From assembly GCA_030704615.1 (NCBI GenBank), contig CM060733.1:44206001-44270000 (forward strand): a stretch of DNA of 64,000 bases, written 5' to 3'. The notes under the pieces were generated by a model. The model made no database searches and was not told the DNA's origin. It saw only the letters and a program-made list of their open reading frames with translations. This DNA is from Takakia lepidozioides (Eukaryota > Plantae > Bryophyta). Positions within the stretch are counted from its first letter, which is position 1. Each line of letters begins with the position of its first letter. Both the position numbers and the translations under genes were made by a program. Shown here piece by piece: positions 42,579 to 55,440 of the stretch.

Positions 42579-45500
42579 TTACTTCAACTCTCCAAAGTCA
42601 ATGTCATCATCTGCAGGGAACAGCATAGAGCAACAGTTCAGTTGAATCTTTTCACTTCATGTGGACTAACCACATCCCATCTCAACTGCTGACACATGTG
42701 CAGCCACTCTCAGACAGTTTTGACCACTTCACACCAGGTGTTTCCTTTGTAAATCAAGGAAAAGAAGTGGCATGCTAATTAGGTGTTCTCGAATCGGACA
42801 TCTCAATTCATCTTACCTTGCTTGCAAACCTCTAAAAAAAGAGCATCCTGAAAGAGCTTCTCATGTAAGGTACAGACCCCTTCCATCTCAAATGCACCTT
42901 TCCAACGAGAACTAGTTCGTAGTGTGCAGATGAAAACTCAATGTGGTCAGTATTTACCAAGGACATCTTTATCAGGAGATCGTAGGAAAGTGTCGGGTGT
43001 CAAAAAAGGCGAGCCTGTATAACTTCCGAGAGGTCCCAAATCTACATCACCTGAACAAAGGGCTCAGTCCAAGACACAAGAGTGCGGGGAGGGCAGGGGT
43101 TAGGGATGGAGGGAAAGCAATAGTGAGAATGAAAGGAAGTAGACAACAAAATCCAAACCAGAACTGCATACAATGAAAGTAAGACCCACTTTCTTTTCTG
43201 TTCCATTTTCACTCGACCAAAACATTCCTGCCCACAAAACAAAATAACGCCGGGGTGGTTTACCTCCTCCATTTGTGAGCTCCGCCGTCAAATCAGAAAG
43301 ACTGAAATTGCGGGGCAATTGGCCAAGGGACTCGAGCGATTCTCTAGTACTGCTCGCATCTGCATCCGCTGATGTCATTGGAAGAGTGCCAATGCCATTT
43401 TGATTATTGGGATCAGAGGCTGCAAATGGGGTGTCAAGAGCTATGGACGTTGGTAGGCCCATCCCCATGCCTGACATGTCTGGTGGGCCCATGGTTCCAA
43501 AGGGAAAAGAACCTCCAGCCATTCCCCCTGGTGTCGACCCCATGGAACCCAATGAGAGGTCACTACTCCCAGACGAACCTGATGATGGTATCCCCAATGT
43601 CATGTCAACCATGCCACTGCATTTGGTCAAGGATACCCTGTCAGAATTCTGTGTTCTTACAAGGTAAGTTCCTTCTCACAACTTATGAATTTTAATTTCA
43701 AACAAGTGACCATACGACCATCTCAGATCCCTACACAATATCCTTTCACAGAGAGAGAGCTACATTTGTTGTCCCATGCACATATAGTCATCGAGTAATC
43801 CTGAACCCCACATATGCGCAGAAAAAATTCCAATAGGCAAGACACAGTCTCCAACATGAAGTCAACGCAATCAAAACAGACAGCCGCAAACCTGGCCCTC
43901 TAGGACAGATTATCCGCAAAGTTTCTTGACAAATACTGCTAAACTTGTCTGCAAAGTTACATGCAAAGAGATGCTTACTTCGTGCCATCATTGTCCTGAG
44001 AGTGATAGCTGTCTGGCATAGCAGGGGCCCCATTCATTAGCTGTGAGCTTGGGGCTGGCATGGACATTGACACCATGCGTGGATGACCTGGAGGTACACC
44101 CCCGCTTGGTGGCTGCATTGGGTACCCCATTGGAGTATGATGCACTGCAAGAGACATCAGAAAGCATCAGAAGCATTTCATGCAGGAGACAACGAGTAAA
44201 AAGAAGAGAAATGGTAAAAGGTTGAGGGTGTTACTGGGTGAGGGATGCAAGCCATTCTGCAAGGGGAGCGACGCCTTGGCAGGGAGCAAGCGCATCTTGT
44301 GCATAAGCTGTACCTGTTGCTCTAGCAGGTGATTGAACAGCACAATCTGCTTCTTGAGTTTGAGACGAGTGTAGTATGCCTTGAAAAATTCAGGGTTCTG
44401 TTCCTCCAGCTTCTGCCAAACTGCACATGTACAAGAAATATCCATACTGTACTCTGAAGATAATTGCAGCATCCTCCCTTACATATAAGAGTGTCAGCTT
44501 CCAAGAGATGGTCGAGTGGTTAAGGGGCACAAGGCCAGTTTGCAAGACCACACAGTATTTGCATGTCACCCATCATAGCCAACCCAGCTGTAAAAGGGGG
44601 TCACTTGGTCAACTGGTCAATGATCACATCCATATGCCCGAGGCAGTGTATAGCTCTCAATGGTACACACTGGCATGATTATTCATTATCAGGGGGGTCA
44701 TATCCATAGCAGCTATAGATCGTTTGGAGCTCCACCCCTCAGTTGGGTGAGAGCCTGCCATGATTACTTGTTAAATTCAGAGTTGTGATCAGAGACAGGT
44801 ATACACAGAGGCCTAATTTGGTCAGAAAATGTCATGTTTTGCCATGATTGGGCCAAAAAACAACAAAACATCTTGGGTAACTTGGGAAATTCCTCTGGCA
44901 CACCAACTTTGCCAAAGAGCTGATCTAAGGGCTAGCAATAACATCATACAGAAAGGTATGATTTTACCGATATACATCAATGATCTTGATAACAGCTTGC
45001 CTCCTTTCCAAACAAAGATTTGACATGAGGAGGAGAGAGTAAAGCTGGGGGTGTGGAGCATCACACTGCATTACCAGAGCATTTAAAAATAATACAATCA
45101 GATAATTTGTTTGGAAGCTGATAGAAGGAACAGCCGTATTACGTCAAGTTTGATTACCTTGCCAACACACAGTTACTGAGTGCCCCCTGCAATGAAATGA
45201 GTTTCAGCTGTAGAGTATCCAGGTTGCTCTCGAATTACTAAGATTTCTGTCCAAGTTTTTGTCAACGGCCACCCTCTCTCCTACAGAGACAGACACAAAC
45301 ACTCTCTCTCACAAGAAATAAAGCCGAGAACTTCGAGGACACTCTGTGAGGATGCAAGAGTTCCTGTACAAATAAAGGGGAACAGAAGAAAAAACCACCT
45401 TACCAAGGCTTGTGAAACCAGGCTCTATCTTGGCCTGGTACTGCAATGTAGTAATGACCTCGCTCTGGTTCATGTACAACTGAAGACATCGCTCTATCAG

Positions 45501-45936
45501 ATTCTGCACCTGCCTCATCCAAACGTCATAGACTGAGCAACAACTACAAGGGGTTTATCCAGCTTTATACATGTCTGCAATGCCAGTGCCAATGGCGTCT
45601 ACATTTCCTTTCTTCCTCTCTCCCTCCCTCTTAATGTCATATTTGCCTCCAACAAACACTGTTGCTAGCATTAATTTTAATGCCTACCTACATTTCTTCC
45701 ATGACATTACGACCATTGAATCCCAACAGAGAGGAAGGGAAGACAAAAACCAGCTGAATGTCCTCGCATGATATTTTCCTGCCTTCACTGTTTGGAGTAG
45801 GAGCAGAACTCGGGTTAGATCCTGCCGGCGTTGGCTTGGCTTGCTGCTGCTGGGGAGGTGACGAGGCTAATGATGTAGGAGGCCCTTGAGCAGTTGTAAT
45901 CTACATGATGACAAAAAAATCCAAACAATATTGATG

Positions 45937-45971
<35 letters not shown>

Positions 45972-46750
45972 CAGCAAACAGAAGCAGAGAGGAAAGAGAG
46001 AGTGCAATTGCCCATTGTGTGGGCAATCATTGTGTGGGCAATCTGAAGACAGTATTCATTTTCTGATACACTGTCCGGGGTTCTCTCACCAAAGAGACGC
46101 TCTCTTCAAATCTATCAAGGGAATTGTGCCTGTACCCCTGTTTACCAACTTTGAAAGTCTCGAGGCTGAGCCAAAAGCCCAGGCCCTCCTGAGGCCTAGT
46201 TTTTGGGCAAATCACACACAGCAGATTGATGCTTGTGTGAAGGGATTTCTAGAGGATATCTGGAAAACCCGAATTAATTCTATATATGAAGGTAAGTCTT
46301 ACTACCAACGTCAGCCCCTGACAGAGGTAGGTTCTGTCCCTTTTGTTCCCGCTCAAACTGGGCGCGGTGTCAATGGCCACAAGGCTACGGCAAACAACGT
46401 CTTATGAGTACAATCTTTTACTTACACATACACTACGGCAAACATCTCATATCTCTCTTTCTCTCTAATCTATCCCCTATTCATGCTTCACAAGCCTGTA
46501 AGACCCTGTCTGTTTGTCTCCTTCATGCTACATGATAAATCCCCTCTCTCGTCCTCTTCTAACCATGTCATACTAGCAGCATGGTAGTGCAATAACAGGA
46601 TCAGAAGGTGTGTTCGTCAAACCATAACCAATTCGACATCAAAACCCAGGAATCAACATGTCACATGAAAAGAAAGATAAGCATGGATGCTTGAAAAACC
46701 TCTGGTTTAACATCAGCATTTGCTGGTTCCACCTCAGCCATACTACTCAT
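42579..46750 (-). CDS. Plant-specific TIGR01589 / A_thal_3526 family protein; exons 46750-46700, 45900-45751, 45509-45404, 44420-44235, 44144-43979, 43637-43264, 43041-42958, 42610-42579
   Basis: ISCEDIQLVQNLIERCLQLYMNQSEV...IEPGFTSLVWQKLEEQNPEFFKAYYTRLKLKKQI, and C-terminal LGQLPRNFSLSDLTA..DLGPLGSYTGSPFL; GT-AG phases consistent; the first exon is less certain. Confidence 0.88.
45941..45968 (+). repeat. (CT)14 microsatellite in an intron
   Basis: Read directly. Confidence 0.95.
45970..46407 (+). mobile_element. 5'-truncated LINE 3' end (C-terminal zinc finger), intronic and antisense to the host gene
   Basis: CPLCGQSEDSIHFLIHCP...FLEDIWKTR; contains a 15-bp internal duplication. Confidence 0.75.
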
Positions 46751-48717
46751 CTCCAAGCATGCCTACACCAGCTTCTCACTCACTTGGCTCCTGCAACTGC
46801 ACTCAGCCCAGGCCACAACCTGGTTAGAGCACTCAGCATTGATGGGTTTAACCTATGCGCAACATGCTGGTACTGCTCCCCTTCTGTTTATATATGTCTC
46901 GTCTCTCTCCCCCTCCATGCCACCACTTTGGATTAGATTATCCGGGTCCATTGGGCTTGAAATTAACTAACTCCAAAACCCTGGAATGCAAACTTTCATG
47001 AATTGTGCCTGAAAGCATCTCAAGGATTGGTACACTGGCGGGATAAACACTGAATACTCTCAGAGGTTGTGATACCCATGTGTAAGAATCCAGAACTGAC
47101 ACTGATGAATCTATCTCTCCCTCCCTCTCCCCCATCTGCATATGCCTGTCTGGCCGCAGACTACCAATGCTTCAATTTGCATGTCATTAGTGATCCAAAA
47201 CCACTGCTGGACCAGTAGCATAATGACTAAATGACTGCATAATATCCACTTGAAGAACATATAGAAGGGCATAGAGCATTCAACCCAGATCAAAAACAGT
47301 GACTGAGGTAAGTGGCCTTGTTTCAAGAAAAAAACAAATTCTGTACTATGTCTGGGCCGTCATTCTCGACAACGCCTGCACCTTTATAGTGTTGCTACAC
47401 CATCCATAGTCACTGCTGGTAACTTCGAGCCGGAAGAAAACTGGCGGACATTAACGCGACAAGACCAAGAGAGCGAGGGAGACAGACAGAGGACAGAGGC
47501 GAGGCAGAAGAAATGGCGTTTCTTGCTCAGCAATGGCCTGACAAGAATGACATAGCTGGATAGGCTGGATATACAGTGACATAGGCACTTAATTCGAGTG
47601 CATTTTTTTTCCCCTCTCCCACACGAGCGTCCCTATAATTACCACAACTGTGCAAAAATTGACAGCACGATACCATTTCCTATCACCTACGTTCCCACAT
47701 GTATGGATATAGGTACAGGCACATCATCAAGCAAGTGCCCCTTAAGTTGACCTTAAAAGTAAAAGAGCGCGCTCACACACTATCTTCAGCATTGCAGGGC
47801 CGTGAGAAGCCTGCGGACTGCACATTCGTGCATGCTCCAGCCTTCACTCTCCCTGGACGTTACAAAGAATTTTCTTTCTTTCTCCTCTTCACCCGCACTT
47901 GCTCCTTTAAACGTCTGTTGCTACTTTAGCCTTCTCAACGCTTCTGCAGACTCTCTCGCTGTCTTCTCCCTCGCTGCACGGATCACACCCCCACAACCAC
48001 CAAGGATTCTTCCCTCGCTCTGCAACAATTCGCAGAAATCTGTAGAGCGCTCTATTAGGGCTTTACTAATTACCACCTATTACTCACTAACCACCCCCCA
48101 AACTTACTAACTTCGCTCCACTAATCACCCGCTGCCGCCTTTGAAAAGTGGAAAAAAGGAAAACAGAAGCGACAAACTCGGCGCAGCGCATGTGCTCTAC
48201 ATATTTCATTTCTGACGATAAATAATTATCTCATACCATGTCCTCCAAGTAGGTACATGATGCATGTAAGGAATTGATTAAAAAGAGTTGTAAGTGATCA
48301 TCGCTGTGTACCCCGCATTATCTGTGGGTACATGAATTCTCTGTGAGGACTTGAGGTCGAATCTCCAATACACGGAGCAAGAGTGGGCGAAATGCCGTTC
48401 GCCAATCCGCTTACGTACCCTACCTACGTAGTCATCCATCCAAACCCATCCAATATCATCCAAATAGGTCATGCTGTCGTGGTCATCGGGATGGGCACAG
48501 GGCAGGCGCAGGTAATGATTACCAGTGCGGAATTTCTATCGGCAGCCCGTACTTCCGCCACGTGTAATCTGGATAGTGGTGGGCCCCCCGCAACGTAAGT
48601 GGCACGTCTTGGATGGAATCATTACTATTCTGTGGGATGTATATTCTGGGAATAAAGGATGGTAGGTCCTACGTTGGTCGACATAAATGTAGTAAGCTAA
48701 ACGGGTGTGTAGGACTG

Positions 48718-51700
48718 ATGCCCCAGCCGCTGCTGCCACGCTCCACAGCGCTCTCCCCGCCATAGCCACCCACAACACGCAATCAGCAACCAGAGGGAGC
48801 GTCAACTCTCTGTCACTCTCGCTGCCGCAAGCTTCATCAGGGTTAGCTGCAGCGGCTTTCCCTGCGGGTGTGAGGGATGTGGTGGCCCCGGGGGTTGGAG
48901 CGGAAGCCAGCAATGTTGGCCTGGCGAGAGTTAAGCTGGCGGACATCTCTCCAGAAGATGGAGCCGCGTCGTGTGTCTACACGCGGGCGCTTGAGACTCT
49001 GTCGTCGTCGCTGTCAGGAAACTATGCGGCTATCATCGAGTTGAATGGAGAAGACGCAGCTCTTATGAGATGTGCTTTGGATTCTGCGAAGCTTTACTTT
49101 CGAAGCAGGGGACAGGCAGCGTCATGGAGTGGAGCAGACTGGATCAAATCATCGGGCTACATGACAGCGCCGACAGGGGACGTGTATTGTTATAGTGCTG
49201 GAAGGTGAGGGGTTGCTCCGCCTTTTCAAAATTTATGACTCGTTTAAATGCTCTGGTTTCTCTCAATCCGGGTGGATTGCCGATCACTATCGTTGGACGG
49301 AGGAACTCGACGTGGAATTTTTCAAATCGGTTAACCTATTTCTGATGTCTGATTTTTTACGAGCACCTGCTGAACACGTACCACCTTATCTTATGAGAGT
49401 ATGATATGCTGAATAGATTCATTTTGCGAGCACAGCAGTTCAAGCAGATGCAGAGCTCCAGAATTTTCAGCACGCCACATGCTGTCACACCAGAGATTCT
49501 TGGAGTTTTGGAGCTTTGCAGAATTAAACGTTTCTATAATGTGGGAAACGAATGGAAGAATTTCTCACTCCAATTGATATGATACATGAACGCAATATCA
49601 GGAGGGTGATTGTCAGTGCTGAGGCATATTTCCAGTCCTGAAAAGTTAATTGTCTGAAGCAATTTGAGGATGCAATGGGAAGTGGATTTGAGAAAGACTC
49701 CAATTCTTTGCCATGTTATTTTATTGCACAGTTCTCCACTCAAATTGTAGTCAACGGTTATGTTTGTGTATGAACGGAATTCTTCTAGGTGATGCAGACC
49801 ACCACGTCCATGCATGCCAGAGGTGTTTCAATGTCTGGGTAAGGCATCGAGGTGTTCTTTGAGTGCCATTTGAGTGCCATTTCCCACCATCTTTGGCTCC
49901 GAGGCGAGGAAGTATGCAGGTCTATGCATTCGTGCTTTCCTTTCCTATGGTCTTACCGCTATATGTAACCCATCTGACTTGCTTTGGTGTTCTTCTCTTT
50001 AGGACTCTTATGACTGAAGCCTGTATGAAGTTTTGATGATATGAGTGCATGTCGGTACTTTGTGGCAGTGCATTTGGCCCTCTTTTGGATGACTCTCCTT
50101 TGACAACAGGGGAAATATCATCATCTGTGCTAACGGCCATATCATTCCAGGCCGGTGGGAAGGGTCTTGTAGGAGAGTCTGAGATTCCTCAGGAAGTTGA
50201 GAAAGGGCTACTGATGCTGATTGCATCTGATTCCTCTACTCAGTACCTTGCTCTTTTACAGTCCTGTTAGGGGGATATGAACTGTGCTCATGGCTGTCCA
50301 GTTCTCAACAGACTGTTACACGGAGAGTTTTCACCATTCAAACAATCGAATCTTTTTCCTCACACCTGTTAGAGCTTGCCATGTGCTTATTCTAGTGAAT
50401 GGAAAGTGTGACTTGCATGTGACTAATGATAGGTATGAGATGCTTTCTGCGTTCTCTTGTTTGTCTGACTTACAAAAGGCTAAAGGGTTAATGATGTCAT
50501 GTTACATTCTGCATGTGTCATGACGTACATACATAAGCAGATCATGCGTCCTATCCCATGATTTCTTAAGTATATTTTCCATGGACTATATGTATGTATT
50601 CGTCTGATGCACATTTATCAGTACTTTTCCTGAACATCCTGGCATATCAGCATCTCCTGTGGTCATACGGCCAATATACTGGTGCCTGTTTGTGATTGAC
50701 ATTACAGAGAGGGGACTAGGATTGGAGGTTAGAAGCTAATATTCCCTTGTAACTAAAATTCCTTAACATATTCTGGATGAGCTCATGCATGAGCTGACAA
50801 AAGCACATGTTAATGAGGTGTAGAGGGGCAGGTTGGCATGAATTGTAGTGTTGAGAGTCTTGTATAATACACCTTGGTTGTCTACCAACTTCCTAGAGTT
50901 TGTAAGCTTTCACATGCTTGCCCATCTACTGGGTCATAGCATTTCATTTCTGGGTTAATATTAATATATGCACATATATCAGTCCTGATTGGGCTTCAAT
51001 TTGTGCTCGTGTTGAGGTTTCATGGAAAATGGCACTCTTGCCTCTCGTCAGCATCCCCTTCAAAGTTATTCGCACGCCTTCTGTCTCTTATGCACTACTC
51101 AAGGATGCGATCTCTTCAATTTTTGTTGTTTCTCACGTGGTTACTTAGTTGGCTATCTTAGCAGTGTGTGCTTGGCTTGTGCATCATTGTCTCTTGTCAC
51201 ATGGTACCTTTCGCCACACTCTTGTTGTTTGTTTGTCTTCCTCCTTACCCATGGTACCCGTGCAGGTACTGATAACTAGCTGAGGTGCTTGAGAAGATGA
51301 CCGTTTACTGAGAATTGATGACAATGCAATTATAGTAAATTTAAGTGATGTGGCAGGTCTGTGATCCACGTGGTCGCTGGTACCTGGCAGACAATGGGCA
51401 GGTCCGGGAGATCTACTCTTGCTGACAGGAAGGGTATTCCAGCATGCCACTGCTGGTCTCCATCACGCACCTGCGTACCGTGTTGTACCTCTATCTCCAG
51501 GTTCTATGTCTACATTTGCAGGGAGGTGCATGGGCTTTCTTTATGTACATGGCAACTTGCTGCCGCTTCTCACATTTGAGTAGTCTCAAAGTACTAGTTG
51601 AGGTTCTCTGTGAGTCTCCCCACAGGCTGATTTTTTTGAATGTAAGGGTCTGTGTTTTATGTGTTGCAACCAGTTTAGTACCTGGCTTGGCATTGATGGC

Positions 51701-52232
51701 CCACATGAGAGGAGTTGGAAGGCAGCATTGCTGGGGATGTTAGACTTATAGCAATTCCAATGCTTGGATATCAGAACATCCTTGGTGTTTCAGTTAGTGC
51801 CTCATGCAGTTGCAACCATCAACTGCTCCCTTATAGCAAAAGCCAGTCATGTCATTCCTCAAGGGTATGGACCTGTTTTCAGTGGCAGCTTTTATGGAGA
51901 ATTTGACTGCAGCAGAGGCTGGTTCAGATTGCAATATTGTAAGATCGTCTTCCTTCTGTCAAGATGTGTTTCTATTGGGTGTCTACTACTTCGCAGGTCC
52001 AAGCTTTGCTGTCAGACATGATTCCTCCTCCCTCCTCTCGGACTGATTTTTAGAGGGCATGTTACCTCTATTCAGTTCTGTGGGTCCATGCAAAGAAGAA
52101 AGAATAACAGTTCTTCCTTGGGGTAAGAGCTGCTGTGTAGGTTCTGATTTCTGACTCTTCGATCATATTGGCAGGAAGTGGCAAGTACGAATTCAGAGCC
52201 CATGCTACGAAACGTGTTTTCTGACCCTCTCA
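48718..52232 (+). pseudogene. AT3G19895-like 2OG-Fe(II) oxygenase-like/U-box protein pseudogene
   Basis: RVKLADISPEDGA..ALMRCALDSAKLYFR, PCMPEVFQCLGKA, LLDDSPL..EISSSVL, EVEKGLLML, VCDPRGRWYLADNG, GDLLLLTG, HVIPQGYGPV, EPMLRNVFSDPL; disrupted by an 11-bp duplication (~49860) and frameshifts (~51398, ~51877); remainder of the U-box is absent. Confidence 0.85.
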
Positions 52233-52847
52233 CGGAAGTTATTAGGATGGAGTTAGTATTGGACTTTCGAAAAAGTCGCGGCCAAATGTATCAGTACACA
52301 AATGTTATCGATATGTACTTTTTTCTTTCATGGTACATATCAAAATGAAAAAAAAGACTCACTAAGGAGACACTTTTCTTAAAGAAACTGAAATGACAAA
52401 TTTAATAGATTAATATTCAATTATGTAAATTTCATGTATTTTTAAGAACCCTAATAAACAGTGAATTTTCAAATTGTTCTATAGGAGGAAAATGATTGAA
52501 TTAAAGAAACTCCCTTCATTGAAAAGGTATATTTGCCTATTACACAGGGATCGCCAAGATACGGACTTTTTCCTGTAATTAGAAGTTTAGGATTTATGGT
52601 TTAGGATGACTTTAAGGTTGACCTTAGGATTTCAACAACTTAATCTAATCACCAATTTTTTTCTTAAAATGAATTTGTAGTATACAACGACTTTCTCATT
52701 CAATACATTGCATTTTCATTTTTCGAACTTTAAAAAAAAGTGTGGTGTATTTCTTAAGAATGACATATGAGGACTAAACTGAGCCACCGAATGTTGCTTT
52801 CATCCAATTCTTGATCCGCAACCTCCTCATCACCAGCATGTGCAGAT

Positions 52848-53576
52848 TCATATGCCAAGCGTGTCAACACCATTGCCACACACAAGACTGTTCATCACAC
52901 GTAAATTTACATGGTATCTTGCATTATAATTAAGGCTGCCATCAGACTTATAGTAAATAGCCAAGACTGTCCCTCCTGGCCAAAGGTATGTATATCCAGC
53001 TGAGGCGCACATGCTTATATAGGAGGTTGGGTAGCGCGTGAGCAGCATGAGCACAAGCGAATATTAAGGGTATTCCTTAGATGCCTTTCGAATATTCTCC
53101 AGCGAAACTAAAATTGAGAAACTAAAAACTTTGTGAAACTTTTTTTAACTGCTCACATAGGCCATCACAATCGGATACCTCAAAAAACCCCAAAAAAACA
53201 AAAATTGTGGTTTTCAATCCGGGTATTCAGTTTAAGCCCTAGAAAAGTTATTTTCGCACTGAGAAAATAAATCTAAAGGTACTCATATGCACCGTGCCTG
53301 TTAACATGTAATTCCTATAACCGCGGTTTGAAAACATTTAACCCTATGACCGCGGGTTGTGCTCACGTGAGCATGCTCACGCTGTGCTCACAAGATACCA
53401 ACCCCCCTTATACAGCCGCATCTATCCGGCACCAACTCCCCGTTGATGTTGCCTAAATAAGCATTGAGATTTATTTGCGTGTTCGTCGTGCACCCCTAAT
53501 TGTTCCAGCAGCAGGCACTAAGAACAGTCCCGACCAATTTTGGTCCCCAACAAGTTGCAAGAAAATTACCACAAAT
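52848..53576 (-). pseudogene. Cyanovirin-N homolog (CVNH) lectin exon, interrupted by a MITE and a TAG stop
   Basis: After removing 53023-53406 and one TSD copy: ICGNFLATCWGPKLVGTVLSACCWNN*GCTTNTQINLNAYLGNINGELVPDRCGYISMCASAGYTYLWPGGTVLAIYYKSDGSLNYNARYHVNLRVMNSLVC. Confidence 0.75.
53023..53406. mobile_element. Complete Mutator-like MITE with 9-bp TSD
   Basis: TSD CTTATATAG (53014-53022) / CTTATACAG (53407-53415); ends GAGGTTGGGTAG... / ...GATACCAACCCCC; GTGAGCATGCTCAC subterminal palindromes. Confidence 0.85.
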
Positions 53577-53775
53577 CTGTTTTGAACAGTCATGCCACAA
53601 CATACACACGCATCCATGAATTAATCATTTGTATCTTTGTCCGTTGGAACATGGAACAATAAATGCATTTGATACATGTCGAGAGCATAGTGTCATTCTC
53701 GCTTCATCCAAATCCACGAGCAGTTTACGGATGTGTGACTTTAACCTGAGACCTAGAGAACCGTAATATATATCG

Positions 53776-54097
53776 AGGTTGGGTAGTGTGTGAGCATGCT
53801 CACATGAGCACAAGCGAATATTAATGATATTCCCTAGATGCCTTTCAAATATTCTCCAGCGAAACTAAAATTGACAAACTAAAAGCTTTGCGAAACGTTT
53901 TTTAACTACTCACATAGGCCCTCACAGCATCACTTAAGAAACAAGTAACACCTATACACAATAAACATGTTACCCTATAGGCGTGGGGTTTCCTCATGTT
54001 ATGCAAACCGGATACCCCAGAAAATCCCAGAAAAACAAAAATCGTGGTTTTCAGTCCGGGTATCGGCAGTTTAAGCCTTATTTTCGCATTGAGAAAA
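53776..54097 (+). mobile_element. Third, truncated copy of the Mutator-like MITE
   Basis: Homologous to 5888-6249. Confidence 0.85.
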
Positions 54098-54098
54098 T

Positions 54099-54290
54099 CG
54101 TGGCAGTGGATGAACTATCGTGCCATCGGATGAAAAATCACGACGATGGATGAAATTGCGCCAGCGGATGAAATCGTGCCAGTGGATAAAATATCGCACT
54201 GACGGATGAACTATCGAGACGGATGAAATATCGGACCTGCAGATGAGAAATTGCGGTTTTGGATGAAATTTGGTCAGTGACAGATGAAAA
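54099..54290 (+). repeat. ~20-bp GGATGAA-core minisatellite
   Basis: About 10 degenerate units of the cgtgccagtGGATGAAatat type. Confidence 0.8.
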
Positions 54291-54334
54291 ATTGACTGAC
54301 TGTCTGCACCATGTTTTTATATGAAATTGACCTC

Positions 54335-54627
54335 CCGCAGTCGTTCATACGACTGTAGTCATATGAACTACTATATAAATAGTCGTCTGTATGACTACAT
54401 GGCTCCGGAATAGGCGGAAGGCTGGTCAACGGCAATCGACCAGATTCAGCTCACCATTCATAGTCATTTCCATGACTATAGTATACATGGATGAGGTTAC
54501 ATAGTCATGATGAGTACTTGGGATTTTGTAATTTGGTGTGTATAATACAATTAAAACCATGGTCAAAGTTATGAAAACCATGACTACCACGGTTTGGCAG
54601 TTATAACTACCGCGATCTGTTGTAGTG
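54335..54627 (-). mobile_element. CACTA element terminus that truncates the methyltransferase
   Basis: Minus strand begins CACTACAACAGATC at 54627; TAGTC/GACTA subterminal repeats. Confidence 0.75.
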
Positions 54628-55440
54628 GATCCTGGGAACCTGAGCAGTGTAGGTAGTGCTGCTTGTGGTCGACCCACCTTGTTGACCACTACCAAAGGCG
54701 AACGGTCATCGTGTCTCACACGCTGAGACTGCTTCCTTGTGTCCAAAATGTTATCCACTGTGAGGTGTGCTGGCCGCTGCACCCCATCAAATGCACGCTT
54801 AAGCAGTGCGGGTGGCATCAAGTTAGTCCACCATAACCGTGGACGATGAGCCCGTGACCCCACTGCAGCTGCATCCAGCAACACTGCTGACCCAAGCCAC
54901 GACTGGACTTGATGCACACTGGCTATCACTATGGTCCGAGAATTGCCCATCAGTGACACATTCTCCAAGATGTATGTTGGAGATACAGCTTGATGAAGCT
55001 GTAAGTGGCGCAAAACCCGCATCATCTCCCAAAACAGACCCGACCTCGAATCTCGCAATCCATTGCCATGCCCGGCTGATGAATACCCTTGGCAGGGCCA
55101 ACCTGCCACTACCAAATCAATGGAGCCAACCCCCTCCAAATCCTGCGCCCCCAGCAACGAAATGTCTCCTAGCAAGGCCTGCTGTTATCCACGAACTGCA
55201 GACACCGGCAACAACTTAGGGTACTGCTGCACCAACTGAGCAACATGGCATAGGGAGATGCGTCGTGCAGTCTCATCCCTCTCCACATACAGGTAACGCC
55301 GTACCCGTAGACCTGCCTGTAGAACAGCAGCCAATCCGGTGCTGATCCCGCCAAACAAGTCCAGAAGGCAAATGTCTTCATCCGGACACTGCCACATGAT
55401 CGGTGTGGTATCCAATGGTGACAACTGAGGTGGACCTGGT
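54628..55440 (-). pseudogene. Retrotransposon-borne C5 cytosine DNA methyltransferase domain (DNMT3-like motif order), truncated
   Basis: Motif I LDLFGGI, II YVERD, III GDI, IV DLVVAGWPCQG, RSGLFWE, VI YILENV, VIII AHRPRLWWTN; one TAA at 55185-55187; motifs IX and X lost; no introns. Confidence 0.9.

Noticed and set aside
54426-55424. Host DRM/CMT/MET1 gene or bacterial contaminant MTase
   Set aside because: Motifs are not permuted as in DRM, there are no BAH/chromo/UBA domains or introns, and it is contiguous with gag amid plant TEs. The ORF tail 54426-54627 is CACTA sequence.
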